From Candidatus Saccharimonadota bacterium (lineage in GTDB: Bacteria; Pseudomonadota; Gammaproteobacteria; Enterobacterales; Enterobacteriaceae): a stretch of 32,000 bases of DNA. Positions 1-11,666 of this stretch are shown one piece after another. Made by a program: the position numbers and the translations under genes. The notes beneath the pieces were generated by a model that was not told the origin of the DNA, ran no database searches, and saw nothing but the letters and a program-made list of their open reading frames with translations. The stretch lies in the NCBI GenBank assembly GCA_015134435.1, contig CP043989.1:180001-212000 (forward strand). Direction: 5' to 3'. How positions within the stretch are numbered: position 1 is the stretch's first letter; every line of letters starts with the position of its first letter.

Positions 1-844
1 CACCTATATAATATATAGATTCCGTTTTTAAACAATTTGCTGATCTTACAGTAAGATCTAAATTATTAACAGAAGATAATAAAATAGGATTAAATTTATT
101 ATTTATATCTTTATTTTTATTTAAAATATTTTTATTTAAATTAACAAAAATACTTAATTGATCAATTAAAATTTTAGAAGCTTTACGAATAGCTAATTCA
201 GAATCTATAGTTCCATTAGTTTCAATTTTTAATATTAATTTATCTAAATTATTAAATTCTTTAGAACGAATATTTTTAATTTTATATGAAACACATTTTA
301 TAGGAGAATAATATGCATCAATAAATAATTTATTTTTTAATAAATTATCATTATTTTTAAAAAATTTTTTTTTAAATGAAGAAGACATATATCCTCTACC
401 TAATTCTATTTTCATACGCATTAAAATAGAACTATCTTCAGAAGTTAAATTACATATAACATATTTTGGATCTACTAAATTAAATTTTACATTAGAAGTA
501 ATATCTGAAGCTAAAATAGGTCCTATACCTTTTTTTTTTATTAATAAAATAGCTTCATTTAAATTATTATCTAAACTTATATATAAATTTTTTAAATTTA
601 AAATTATTTCTATAATATCTTCTAATAAACCATCTTTAACACTATATTCATGAGAAACACCATCAATTTCTAATTCAGTAATAGCATAACCAGGAATAGA
701 AGATAATAATATACGTCTTAAAACATTTCCCAAAGTATATCCAAACCCTCTTTCTAAAGGTTTTAAAATTATAAAAGAAGAAGTATTTGAAATTTTTTTT
801 ATTTTCATTAATTTAGGTTTTAAAATTTTTAAATTATTAATCAT
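1..844 (-). CDS. rpoA: DNA-directed RNA polymerase alpha subunit (partial; C-terminus beyond window edge)
   Basis: ATG at 842-844 (minus). Translation [49 protein letters not shown]...[20 protein letters not shown] aligns with E. coli RpoA NTD through the start of the CTD. It follows rpsD as in the alpha operon. The ORF is open to position 1. Confidence 0.93.
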   Translation of the reverse strand, partial: MINNLKILKPKLMKIKKISNTSSFIILKPLERGFGYTLGNVLRRILLSSIPGYAITELEIDGVSHEYSVKDGLLEDIIEIILNLKNLYISLDNNLNEAILLIKKKGIGPILASDITSNVKFNLVDPKYVICNLTSEDSSILMRMKIELGRGYMSSSFKKKFFKNNDNLLKNKLFIDAYYSPIKCVSYKIKNIRSKEFNNLDKLILKIETNGTIDSELAIRKASKILIDQLSIFVNLNKNILNKNKDINNKFNPILLSSVNNLDLTVRSANCLKTESIYYIG

Positions 845-870
845 AATTAATTAATCTCATAATTATTAAT

Positions 871-1491
871 TTATTTTGAATAAAATTCTAAAATAAGATG
901 ATCTTCTATATCAGGAAAAATATATTTTTTTTTAGGAAAAAATTTAAACACACCTTCTAATTTTTTAATATCAATTTCTAATCAATTAGGTAATTCACGC
1001 TGTTTAAATAATTCTAAAGAATATTTAATACGATCTTGATTCTTTGCTTTATTTCTAATACTTATTATATCATTTAAAGATACTAAAAATGATGGAATAT
1101 TAACAATTTTATTATTAACTAAAATACATTTATGATTTATTAATTGACGAGATTCCGAACGAGTTACTCCAAAACCCATTCTATAAACAACATTATCTAA
1201 TCTTCTTTCTAAAAATAAAAATAAAATTTCACTTGTATTTTTTTTTAAACAAACAGATTTTTTATAATAATTTAAAAATTGCTTTTCTGTAATACCATAT
1301 ATATAACGAATTTTTTGTTTTTCTCTTAATTGAAGACCATAATCTGACAATCTATTTTTTTTATATCCATGTTGTCCAGGTAAACGACTAATATTACATT
1401 TTGATTCAATAGGACGTAAATTAGATTTTAAAAATAAATCAGTACCTTGTCTACGACTTAATTTTAATTTAGAACCTAAATATTTAACCAT
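871..1491 (-). CDS. rpsD: 30S ribosomal protein S4
   Basis: Track ORF 982..1491 ends at TGA (982-984). Reading it as Trp continues ..[43 protein letters not shown] to TAA at 871-873. The W sits in the conserved S4 WLEVD motif. 206 aa. Confidence 0.94.
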
Positions 1492-1520
1492 TTTATAAAT
1501 TCCTAAAAATAATTATTTTA

Positions 1521-1913
1521 TTAAATACGTCTTTTTTTAGGTGGACGACAACCATTATGAGGTATAGGTGTAATATCATTAATATTAATAATATTAAAAC
1601 CAGCATTATATAAAGCTCTTATACTTGATTCTCTTCCAGGACCAGGTCCATTTATCATAATTTCTAAATTTTTTATATTATATTGTTTAACAATTTCAAT
1701 ACATTTTTCTGTAGCTATTTGTGCTGCAAAAGGAGTAGATTTTCTAGATCCTCTAAAACCTGATCCACCTGATGTTTTTCATCCTAATACATTACCAAAT
1801 TTATCAGTAATACTAATTATAGTATTATTAAAAGAAGCATAAATATAAGCTATACCATTAAATATTTGCTTTTTTTTTTTTTTTTTAATATTTTTTTTAA
1901 ATATTTTAGACAT
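1521..1913 (-). CDS. rpsK: 30S ribosomal protein S11
   Basis: Not in the track as one ORF because of an in-frame TGA at 1779-1781. [57 protein letters not shown]...[12 protein letters not shown] matches S11 end to end. The A17 run (1870-1886) is in frame. Confidence 0.93.
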
Positions 1914-1931
1914 AAAATTTTCCAAATAAAA

Positions 1932-2288
1932 TTATTTTTTAAATTTACGTAATTTTTTACAAGTTTTAGCATTTGTTTTTGTACGTTGACCACGTACAGG
2001 TAATTTTTTACGATGTCTAATCCCACGATAACAATTTATATCAATTAATCGTTTAATATTTAACATTATTTCTCTTCTTAAATCACCTTCTAATATAAAA
2101 TTAGAAATTTTTTTTCTTATTATATTTATTTTTTCTTTATTTAAATCTTTTACTTTTATATAATAATTAATATTTAAATTATCACAAATTAATTTAGATC
2201 TAGATTTTCCTATACCATATATAGAAGTTAAAGCAAATAAAATAGATTTATTTTCTATTATATTCACTCCACATATTCTAATAACCAT
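1932..2288 (-). CDS. rpsM: 30S ribosomal protein S13
   Basis: Track ORF, 118 aa, MVIRICGVNI...GIGKSRS..ICD...RRLIDINCYRGIRHRKKLPVRGQRTKTNA. Typical S13 in the alpha-operon position. Confidence 0.95.
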   Translation of the reverse strand: MVIRICGVNIIENKSILFALTSIYGIGKSRSKLICDNLNINYYIKVKDLNKEKINIIRKKISNFILEGDLRREIMLNIKRLIDINCYRGIRHRKKLPVRGQRTKTNAKTCKKLRKFKK

Positions 2289-2317
2289 AATATAATTTTC
2301 CTAAAATATTTTAAAAA

Positions 2318-2434
2318 TTAACCTTGACGTTGTTTATGTTTTGAATTATTACTACAAATAACATATAAAACACCAAAACGTTTAACTATTTTACAAAAAG
2401 AACAAAATTTTTTTATAGAAGCTCTTACTTTCAT
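2318..2434 (-). CDS. rpmJ: 50S ribosomal protein L36
   Basis: Small ORF below the track cutoff: [38 protein letters not shown] (38 aa). Classic L36 sequence, sited between secY and rpsM. Confidence 0.92.
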   Translation of the reverse strand: MKVRASIKKFCSFCKIVKRFGVLYVICSNNSKHKQRQG

Positions 2435-2439
2435 ATATT

Positions 2440-3744
2440 TTAATTATATTTTTTTAAAATAGAAAAATAATTATTTGATATTATTAAAGATTTTATTTGA
2501 GTTATAAAATCTATAAAAACTATAATAACAATTAATAAAGAAATATTATTAAAATTAAATTTAATATTTAATATATTATATATAAAATTAGAATATAAAT
2601 ATATTATTAATATATATAAAGAATTAAATAAAGTTAATTTTAAAATAATATTTTTTAAAAAAAAAGAAGTATTTTTACCTGGTCTTATTTCATATATATA
2701 AGCTCCACTTTTATTTAAATTATTAGATATATCATTAGAATTATACATTAATAAATTATAAAAAAAACAAAAAAATATTATAAAAAATATATAAATTAAT
2801 AAATATAAAAAATTTTTATAATAAAATAAATTATTTATATATAATATAAATTTATATTTAAAATAATTATTTAATAAAAATAAAAAAAATGAAAAAAATA
2901 ATATTATATTTGAAGTAAAAATAAAAGATATTACTCCAGACATATTAATTTTAAAAGGTAAAAAAATATTATAAGAAGAAAAAAAATATTTAATATTTTT
3001 ATAATCTATAGATGAATATAAAATTAATATTTTTCTTTCAGAAATTTCAATAAAAATAATAAAATATATTATTAAAATAATAAAAAAAAATACTAAAAAT
3101 AATTTCATATAAGATAAATTTTTATTTAAAAATAATTTAAATAAAATTAATAATAAATTAAAAAAATTAGATATTATATTAATAAATATTAATACTGATA
3201 TACCATTACCTAAACTATTTTCCGAAATTTGTTCTGCTAATCATATTAAAAACATTGTTCCAGTTATTAAACTAATAATAAAAATAATATTATTTAAATT
3301 ATTTAATATAATATTTTTATAAATATAAAATTTATTTATATTTAAAAATAAAATAATAGAATGTATTATAGATAATAATAAAGTTAAATATTTTATATAT
3401 TTATTAATTTTATATTTTTTATAAATATCATCTTTAAATTTAATAAAATATGGAAAAATTATAATTAATAATTGAATTATAATAGAAGAAGAAATATATG
3501 GAATAATATTTAAAGATAAAATTGAAATATTTAATAAATTATTATTTAATAATATATTAAATATATTAATAATATTATTATTATATTTAAATAAATTATT
3601 TAATATATAAATATTTACACCAGGTATAGATATATAATTTAATATACGAAATATAAATATATAAAAAAATAAAAATAATATTCTATTTTTTAATTCTTTA
3701 AAAGTATTTAATAATAAATTAAAAAAAATATTTTTAATATTCAT
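2440..3744 (-). CDS. secY: Protein translocase subunit SecY
   Basis: Track ORFs 3241..3744 and 2440..3108 are in the same frame. The break is TGA at 3241-3243 in ..[28 protein letters not shown].. (E. coli [22 protein letters not shown]). 3109-3240 has no stops. C-terminal motifs [22 protein letters not shown] and [16 protein letters not shown] are retained. 434 aa. Confidence 0.92.
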
Positions 3745-3766
3745 ATAATTTATATAAAAATTCCAA

Positions 3767-4198
3767 TTAATTATTAATATTTAAAATTTTATAAACACTA
3801 GATGATAATTTTATATTATTATCTAATATTTTAATATTTTTATTAAATTTTTTATAACCTAAAATTATTTTAACAAATTTAATATTATGTTTAATAATTT
3901 TATTTTTTTTTAAAATATTTAAATTTATAATAGAATTATTATTAAATATAATTAATTTATCTAAAGATAATTCTTTATAAAAAATATTTTTTTTACTTTT
4001 AAAACCAAATTTAGGTATTCTACGATAAAAAGGTGTTTGACCACCTTCAAAATATCTTTTAATATTATAACCTGATCTAGATTTTTGACCTTTATGACCT
4101 CTACCACTAGTTTTACCTAAACCAGATCCTATACCTCTTCCTAAACGTTTAGATTTTTTTTTTTTTGATTTATAAAATAAATTATTTAAAAATAACAT
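3767..4198 (-). CDS. rplO: 50S ribosomal protein L15
   Basis: Track ORF, 143 aa. [27 protein letters not shown]...[17 protein letters not shown] is the L15 signature. Spc-operon position upstream of secY. Confidence 0.94.
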   Translation of the reverse strand: MLFLNNLFYKSKKKKSKRLGRGIGSGLGKTSGRGHKGQKSRSGYNIKRYFEGGQTPFYRRIPKFGFKSKKNIFYKELSLDKLIIFNNNSIINLNILKKNKIIKHNIKFVKIILGYKKFNKNIKILDNNIKLSSSVYKILNINN

Positions 4199-4229
4199 AA
4201 TTAATTACCATAATTAAAAAAATTTAAAA

Positions 4230-4727
4230 TTAAAAAATTTCTTTTAAAAATTTACCTCTTTTATTTGCAATAAAAAGAGGAGATTCTATACTAGATAGAG
4301 CTTTTATAGTTGCTTTTACTACATTTATAGGATTTGTAGAACCATAACATTTAGATAAAATATTTTTTATACCTGCTACTTCAAATAAAAATTTCATAGA
4401 TTTACCAGCTATTATACCAGTACCTTTTATAGTAGGTTTAATAAAAATTTTAGTACTATTATAACAATAATTTATTGAATATCTTAATGTTTTTTTTTTA
4501 TTTAAAGATATAGATATAATATTTTTATAAGATTTATTTAAAGATTTTTGTATTGCTAATGGCACTTCTTTAGCTTTTGCATAACCATAACCAACTTTAC
4601 CTTTTTTATTACCTACAACAGTTAAAGCAGAAAAAGAAAAAATTCTACCACCTTTAACTGTTTTAGAAATTCTATTAACAAATATTAATTTTTCACAATA
4701 TTTTTTATTAAAAATATTTTTTTTCAT
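4230..4727 (-). CDS. rpsE: 30S ribosomal protein S5
   Basis: Track ORF, 165 aa. LIFVNRISKTVKGGRIFSFSALTVVGNKKGKVGYGYAKAKEVPLAIQKS..GTGIIAG is typical S5. Only 31 nt separate it from rplO, so rpmD (L30) is absent here. Confidence 0.94.
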   Translation of the reverse strand: MKKNIFNKKYCEKLIFVNRISKTVKGGRIFSFSALTVVGNKKGKVGYGYAKAKEVPLAIQKSLNKSYKNIISISLNKKKTLRYSINYCYNSTKIFIKPTIKGTGIIAGKSMKFLFEVAGIKNILSKCYGSTNPINVVKATIKALSSIESPLFIANKRGKFLKEIF

Positions 4728-4744
4728 ATATTTAAAACCATAAA

Positions 4745-5107
4745 TTAAAATAATAATCCATATTTTCTAGCATATTCAGCTAATTTTTTTATACGTCCAT
4801 GATATTTAAAACCAGAACGATCAAATACAACATTATTAATATTTTTACTTAAAGCTTTTTTAGCTATAATTTTACCTAAAATAGAAGCAGAATATTTATT
4901 TCCAGTATATATTTTTTTATTAAAATATTTTTTATTTAAAGTAGAAATAGATATTAATGTAACTGAATTATTATTAATATATTTTATAATTTGAGCATAA
5001 ATATGACGAGAAGTTTTATGAATTACTAAACAAATTTTATTATTTTTTTTATATATTGAACGTATTTTTTTAGATCTACGTAAACGTCTTATATTTTTAT
5101 TTAACAT
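4745..5107 (-). CDS. rplR: 50S ribosomal protein L18
   Basis: Track ORF, 120 aa. RRLRRSKKIRS...LVIHKTSRHIYAQII...VFDRSGFKYHGRIKKLAEYARKYGLLF is the L18 signature. Confidence 0.93.
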   Translation of the reverse strand: MLNKNIRRLRRSKKIRSIYKKNNKICLVIHKTSRHIYAQIIKYINNNSVTLISISTLNKKYFNKKIYTGNKYSASILGKIIAKKALSKNINNVVFDRSGFKYHGRIKKLAEYARKYGLLF

Positions 5108-5110
5108 AAT

Positions 5111-5656
5111 TTATTTATTTATTTTTTTTTTATTTTCTTTAATTTTAATAAATTCATTTTTATAACGTATACCTTTACCTTTTTTATAACATTCAGGTTT
5201 TTTAAAAGATCTTATTTCAGCTGCTACTTGACCAACTTTTTGTTTATCATAACCTTTAATAATAATTTCATTAAAATTTAAACATTTTATAATAATATTT
5301 TTAGGTATATTATATTTAATAGTATATGAATATCCTAAATTTAAAAATAATATATTTTTTTTAATATAAGATTTATAACCAATACCAATTATTATTAATT
5401 TTTTTTTAAAATTATTTTTCAAACCTAATATAATATTATTAATTATAGAACGAAAAGTACCAGCATACATAGAAAATTTATAATAAGAATTAGAATTATT
5501 TAAAATAATTTTATTATTTTTTAATATAGGAGTAATAGAAAAATGAATTTTATTTTTAACAATTATATTATTTTTACATATTATAATTTTATTATTAATA
5601 ATATTAATTTTAATACCTTTAGGTATTAAAATAGGTTGTTTTGCAATTCTTGACAT
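5111..5656 (-). CDS. rplF: 50S ribosomal protein L6
   Basis: Track ORF, 181 aa. [17 protein letters not shown]...GIGYK...[28 protein letters not shown] is typical L6. Confidence 0.93.
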   Translation of the reverse strand: [181 protein letters not shown]

Positions 5657-5675
5657 TATATTACCTTAATTTTTT

Positions 5676-6074
5676 TTAATATATATAACCAATTATTTCT
5701 CCACCAATATTTAAATAACGAGCTTTTTTATCTGATAAAACACCTTTAGAAGTAGATATAATAACAACACCTAAACCAGATCTTATTAAAGGTAAATTTT
5801 TATAAGATTTATATATTCGTAAACTAGGACGACTAATTTTTTTTATAAATGAAATAACAGGTTTATTTAAATAATATTTTAAATAAATATTTATTTTTTT
5901 TTTCTTTAAAATATCAAAAAATATATTATATTTTTTAATATAACCTTCAGAATAAATAACATTTAAAATAGAACATTTAAATTTAGTATAATAAATAGAT
6001 ATTTTTTTTTTTTTTGCTAATTGTGCATTTCTTATACATGTAAACATATCTGATATAGAATCTTGCATACTCAT
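5676..6074 (-). CDS. rpsH: 30S ribosomal protein S8
   Basis: Track ORF, 132 aa. MSMQDSISDMFTCIRNAQLAKKK...ISRPSLRIY...GLGVVIISTSKGVLSDKKARYLNIGGEIIGYIY is typical S8. Confidence 0.94.
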   Translation of the reverse strand: MSMQDSISDMFTCIRNAQLAKKKKISIYYTKFKCSILNVIYSEGYIKKYNIFFDILKKKKINIYLKYYLNKPVISFIKKISRPSLRIYKSYKNLPLIRSGLGVVIISTSKGVLSDKKARYLNIGGEIIGYIY

Positions 6075-6100
6075 AAATATTTACCAAAAAATTATTAATA

Positions 6101-6406
6101 TTATCAACTAGATTTTTTTAAACCAGGAATATCACCTCTTACTGCAAATTCACGAAATTTAATTCTACTTAAACCAAATCTACGCAAAAAACCATGTGAT
6201 CTTCCAGTTAAAACACATCTATTACGATGTCTACAAATACTAGAATTTCTAGGAAATGATTGTAATTTAATAATTGCATTTCATCTTTTTTTACTAGAAG
6301 ATTTAATATTAGAAATAATATTTTTTAATTTTATTTTTTTATAAAAATATTTTTTTATTAATAAAGATCTTTTTTTTTCACGAATTATAATAGATTTTTT
6401 AGTCAT
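6101..6406 (-). CDS. rpsN: 30S ribosomal protein S14
   Basis: Missed by the track (in-frame TGA at 6281-6283 and 6104-6106). [13 protein letters not shown]...[52 protein letters not shown] ends exactly like E. coli S14 (..KASW). 101 aa. Confidence 0.92.
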
Positions 6407-6408
6407 AA

Positions 6409-6948
6409 TTAATTTTTAAACGGAAAAGAAAAACAATTTAATAAAAATATAGATTCATCAATATTTTTATTTTTTATAATAATAGAAATATTCATACCAT
6501 GAATATATTTAGTTTTTTCATAATTAATTTCTGGAAAAATAATATGTTCTTTTATACCAATATTTAAATTTCCATATTTATCTAAAGATTTTTTAGAAAT
6601 ACCTCTAAAATCTCTAATTCTTGGAATAACAATAAATATTAATTTATCAAGAAAAAATCACATTAATTTTTTTCTTAGTGTAACTTTACATCCAATAGGA
6701 TTATTTTTACGAATTTTAAAACTAGATATAGATTTTTTAGAATTAATAATTATAGGTAACTGACCTGAAATTAATTTTAAATTTAATTTAACATCATTTA
6801 TCCTATTTTTTAATAAATCAAATGAATTTAAACTTACACTTAAAACTATTTTAATAATTTTAGGTACTTGCATAATAGATTTATAATTAAATTTTTTTAT
6901 TAAATCATATATAATAACATTTTTATATAAATTATATAATTTACTCAT
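6409..6948 (-). CDS. rplE: 50S ribosomal protein L5
   Basis: Track ORF 6658..6960 ends at TGA 6658-6660 (E. coli ..ERMWEF..) and continues to ..CFSFPFKN* (TAA 6409-6411; E. coli ..FDFPFRK). I prefer the ATG at 6946-6948: MSKLYNLYK aligns with E. coli MAKLHDYYK, it gives 179 aa, and it avoids the overlap with rplX. The alternative ATG is at 6958-6960. Confidence 0.9.
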
Positions 6949-6949
6949 A

Positions 6950-7276
6950 TTATTTTTCATTAATTAATAAATTATTAAATTTTAAATAACGTACTTTTTT
7001 TTTATTTTTTAAATATTTAAAACCTACTCTAGATAAAATAATTTTATTATTACTTAAAAAAAAATGACTAATATTAGAAATATTAATTCAAGATTCTTTT
7101 TTTATAATTTTTCCAATTATATTATTAATAGAATCAGATTTAATATTTTTATAAACTAAATTTATATTATTAATAATAACTTTATTTAATTTAATTTTTT
7201 TAATTATACCTCTTTTACCTTTATCTTTACCAGAAATTACAATAACTTCATCATTTACATGAAACTTACAAGACAT
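6950..7276 (-). CDS. rplX: 50S ribosomal protein L24
   Basis: Track ORF 7088..7276 (MSCKFHVNDEVIVISGKDKGKRGIIKKI, the KOW motif) ends at TGA 7088-7090. Table 4 continues to TAA at 6950-6952. 108 aa. Confidence 0.88.
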
Positions 7277-7291
7277 ATTTAATTACCTTAA

Positions 7292-7660
7292 TTAAATTAT
7301 TTCAGAAGCAAGAGAAATAATTTTACTAAATTTTTCACATTTTAATTCTTTTGTAATAGGACCAAAAATTCTTGTTCCTAATGGTTGATTATTATCATTT
7401 AATATAATACAAGAATTACTATCAAATTTAATTTTAGAACCATCTAATCTTTGTATTCCATATTTAGTTCTTATAATAATAGCTTTTAATATATCACCTT
7501 TTTTAATTTTACTTTTAGATATAACTTCTTTAACAACTACTTTAATTATATTACCAATATTAGCATATTTAAATCTTGTACCACCTAAAACTTTTATACA
7601 CATAACTAATTTAGCACCAGTATTATCTGCTACTAATAAAAAAGATCTTTCTTGAATCAT
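7292..7660 (-). CDS. rplN: 50S ribosomal protein L14
   Basis: Track ORF, 122 aa. [27 protein letters not shown]...[19 protein letters not shown] is highly conserved L14. Confidence 0.96.
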   Translation of the reverse strand: MIQERSFLLVADNTGAKLVMCIKVLGGTRFKYANIGNIIKVVVKEVISKSKIKKGDILKAIIIRTKYGIQRLDGSKIKFDSNSCIILNDNNQPLGTRIFGPITKELKCEKFSKIISLASEII

Positions 7661-7669
7661 AAAATATAC

Positions 7670-7912
7670 TTATTTAATAATTTTATATAAAAATCATGTT
7701 TTTTTTTTAGATAAAGGACGACATTCTTTTATCATTATAATATTATTAATATTACATTTATTATATTCATCATGAACATAAACTTTAATTTTTTTTTTTA
7801 TATATTTTTTATATATTTTATGTTTTATATATTTATTTATTATAGCTACAACAGTTTTATTCATTTTATTACTTATTACAATAGCTTTTTTAATATTTTT
7901 TTTTTTTATCAT
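7670..7912 (-). CDS. rpsQ: 30S ribosomal protein S17
   Basis: Track ORF 7694..7912 ends at TGA. It continues ..ECRPLSKKKT-W-FLYKIIK* (E. coli ..ECRPLSKTKSWTLVRVV). The N-terminus is collinear with E. coli S17. 80 aa. Confidence 0.92.
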
Positions 7913-8102
7913 CTAAATTTTTTTCTCATAAAATAGTTTTTATAATACTTATATTTTTTTTACATCTACGAATTAAATGATTTCTCTTAATTTTATTTAA
8001 AAAAAAACTCATACGTAAATTAAATTTTTGATTATTTAAAATAAATAATTCTCTTTTTAATTCTTCTATATTTTTATTTTTTAAAAATTTATTGTTGATC
8101 AT
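7890..8102 (-). CDS. rpmC: 50S ribosomal protein L29
   Basis: ATG 8100-8102. [61 protein letters not shown].. aligns with E. coli L29 (..EQFNLRMQ..VRRDVARVKTLLNEK). There is an in-frame TGA at 7926-7928. The table-4 stop, TAA 7890-7892, gives a 23-nt overlap with rpsQ, so the 3' end is less certain. Confidence 0.8.
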
Positions 8103-8512
8103 AATAAATTATTTTTTATAACAAAAGTTGTTTTTATAGATAATTTTGCACTAGCTAATTTAAAAGCTTTTTTAGCAATAAATTCATTAACTCCATCTAA
8201 TTCATATAATATTTTACCAGGTTTAATAACAGCTACTCAATATTCAACATTTCCTTTACCCTTTCCCATTCTAATTTCTAAAGGTTTTTTAGTAATAGGT
8301 TTATCAGGAAATATTCTTATCCATAAAAATCCTTGTTTTTTTATAGAACGAGTAATAACACGACGTGCAGATTCTATTTGTTTAGAAGATATATGTCCTC
8401 TAGTAATAGCTTTTAAAGCATATTTACCAAAATTAATTTCAATATCATTAGATCAACCTTTATTTCTACCCTTTTGCATTTTTTTATATTTAGTTCTTTT
8501 AGGTTGTAACAT
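8081..8512 (-). CDS. rplP: 50S ribosomal protein L16
   Basis: ATG 8510-8512. [20 protein letters not shown]...[61 protein letters not shown] (8099-8101) then overlaps the rpmC ATG. Under table 4 it reads W-STINF to TAA 8081-8083. 143 aa. Confidence 0.9.
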
Positions 8513-8527
8513 AAATAAATCTCCAAT

Positions 8528-9235
8528 TTATATTTTATAATTTTTTTTTAAATAATTTTTAAAATTAATTATTTTATTATAATATAATTTTATAGGATAA
8601 AATTTATCTAATATTTCTCCTTTAAATATTCAAACTTTTACACCAATTACTCCATAATTAGTAAAAGCTTGTTTAAAACTATAATCTATATTAGCACGTA
8701 AAGTATGTAAAGGTATTGAACCTTGTTTATATCATTCAGTTCTAGCAATATCAGTACCTCCTAATCTACCACTAATTTTTAATTTAATACCTTTACAACC
8801 TAAACGCATAGCATTATAAATTACTCTTTTCATAACTCTTCTAAACATCATACGTTTTTCTAATTGAAAAACAACATTATCAGCTATTAATTTAGCATCT
8901 AATTCTGGTCTACGAATTTCTAATATATTTATTTGAGAAGGTACTCCAGTAATAATAGAAATTTTATTTTTAAGTTTTTTTATATCTTCACCTTTTTTAC
9001 CTATTACTATACCAGGTCTAGCAGTATATATTATAATTCTTATACTTTTTTTAGCAGGTCTTTCAATTAATATTTTAGATATTAATGCTTTAGATAATTT
9101 TTTATTTAAATAATTACGAACTTTATAATCACTATATATATTTTTAGCAAAATCTTTTTTATTTACAAATCATGTAGAATTTCACATTTTTGTTATACCT
9201 AAACGTATAACATTAGGATTAACTTTTTGACCCAT
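8528..9235 (-). CDS. rpsC: 30S ribosomal protein S3
   Basis: Absent from the track because of several in-frame TGAs. [23 protein letters not shown]...[31 protein letters not shown]...GVKVWIFKGE matches E. coli S3, with every TGA at a conserved W. TAA at 8528-8530. 235 aa. Confidence 0.93.
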
Positions 9236-9247
9236 ATTATTTTCCTA

Positions 9248-9580
9248 TTAAATTTTACAAAGACATATAGTTATATGACTAGTTTTTTTTAATATATAAT
9301 TTAATCTACCTTTAGCTCTAGGAATAACTCTTTTAGAAGAAGAAGCATGATCAATATATATTTTTGATATAATTAATAAATTTTTATTTAAACCATAATT
9401 ATTTTTAGCATTATAAATTGCTGATAATAAAATTTTTTTAATTAAAAAAGAAGCTTTTTTATTAATAAAATTTAAAATATTTAAAGCAATATTAACATTT
9501 TTTTTACGAATTAAATTAGCAACTAATCTAAGTTTTCTACAAGAAGATTTTATATAACAACCTTTAGATAAAATATTCAT
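9248..9580 (-). CDS. rplV: 50S ribosomal protein L22
   Basis: Track ORF, 110 aa. CRKLRLVANLIRKKNVNIALNIL.F..KKAS..IKK.L.SAI.NA..N...VIPRAKGRLNYILKKTSHITI is typical L22. S10-operon position. Confidence 0.92.
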   Translation of the reverse strand: MNILSKGCYIKSSCRKLRLVANLIRKKNVNIALNILNFINKKASFLIKKILLSAIYNAKNNYGLNKNLLIISKIYIDHASSSKRVIPRAKGRLNYILKKTSHITICLCKI

Positions 9581-9602
9581 AATAAATAAACCTTAATAAA
9601 AT

Positions 9603-9887
9603 CTAATTATTTTTTCTATTTTTATTATTATTAGATAAATGTCCCCTATAAGTTCTTGTAGGAGAAAATTCACCTAATTTATGACCTATCATTTCTTCAG
9701 TAATATAAACAGGAATATGATTTCTACCATTATGAACATTTATAGTTAAACCAACCATATTAGGTAAAATAGTAGAACGTCTAGATCAAGTACGAATAAT
9801 ACCTTTTTTTTTATTTAAAATAAATTTTTTTATTTTTTTAAGTAAAGAAACATCAATAAATGGTCCTTTTTTAAAAGAACGAGACAT
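9603..9887 (-). CDS. rpsS: 30S ribosomal protein S19
   Basis: True start is the internal ATG at 9885-9887 of track ORF 9786..10046 ([18 protein letters not shown]..). TGA at 9786-9788 falls in ..[54 protein letters not shown] (E. coli ..LRTWSRRSTIFP). The stop is TAG at 9603-9605. 94 aa. Confidence 0.92.
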
Positions 9888-9903
9888 AATTTTTTTAAAA
9901 CTC

Positions 9904-10728
<825 letters not shown>

Positions 10729-10742
10729 ATATATTTAAAAAT

Positions 10743-11042
10743 TTAATTTAATTTATTTATATTAATATTTTGATCTTTTTTTAAAATAATATAAGCTTTT
10801 TTTCAAATTTTAATACGTTTATTTTTATTATTTTTAGATTTAATTATTTCTTTTACTAATAAAGTTCTAATTTTTTTAATTTTAACATTAAAAATTTTTT
10901 TTATTATATAAGAAATATTTAATTTATTAATATTAGAATTAAATTTAAATACTAAAGTATTATTTTTTTTAGATAAAAAAAAAGTTTTTTTAGAAAAATA
11001 AGGTTTTTTAATAAAATCTAAAAAATAATTTTTATTATTCAT
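10743..11042 (-). CDS. rplW: 50S ribosomal protein L23
   Basis: Track ORF 10803..11042 ends at TGA. It continues ..KRIKI-W-KKAYIILKKDQNININK..* (E. coli ..RSDWKKAYVTL). TAA at 10743-10745. 99 aa. Confidence 0.88.
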
Positions 11043-11646
11043 TAATTAATCTTTCCTCAATTATTTTAATAGCTTTTAAAGTAAAAATAACATTTTTATA
11101 TTTTATTAAATTTATAATATTTATATTATTAACTTTACATAAAAAAACATTATGTAAATTACGAGAAGATAAAAAAAGATTCTTATTATAATTATGAATT
11201 ATAATTAATAATTTATCTAAACTAATAAAATTAAAAAATTTAATAAATTCTTTAGTCTTTGGTTTATTAATAATAATATCATTAAAAACATGAAATCTAA
11301 ATTGTCTAAAAAGTTCAGATAAAATACTTTTAAAAGCATTAATATACATTTTTCTATTAATTTTAAAAATATATTTTTTTGGTTTAGAGGCAAAAACAAC
11401 CCCACCAGAACGTCATAAAGGACTTTTTAAAGAACCAACTCTAGCTCTTCCAGTACCTTTTTGTTTTCAAGGTTTTCTATTAGAACCTTTAACTTCAGAT
11501 CTAGATTTTTGTGAAACATTTCCTTTACGTAAATTTAATCTATAAGAATTAATAACTTGATTAATTAAAGAAATATTTAAAGGAAAATTTAAAATTTTAT
11601 CTGATATTTCTATATTTAAATTATTATCTTTTAAAATTATATCCAT
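11035..11646 (-). CDS. rplD: 50S ribosomal protein L4
   Basis: ATG 11644-11646, in frame with track ORF 11035..11349. The N-terminal part ..[42 protein letters not shown] has two TGAs at conserved W positions (E. coli [25 protein letters not shown]). 8-nt overlap with rplW. 203 aa. Confidence 0.92.
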
Positions 11647-11666
11647 AAAATTTATATTTAATTATA

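Noticed and set aside
6949-6960. rplE start at ATG 6958-6960 (MKNNMSKLY...)
   Set aside because: It remains possible. However, the downstream ATG 6946-6948 aligns exactly with the E. coli L5 N-terminus, gives 179 aa and removes the overlap with rplX. I kept the upstream ATG as an alternative only.
11217-11405. Minus-strand ORF 11217..11405 (62 aa)
   Set aside because: It is an alternative frame inside rplD. The L4 frame is the conserved one.
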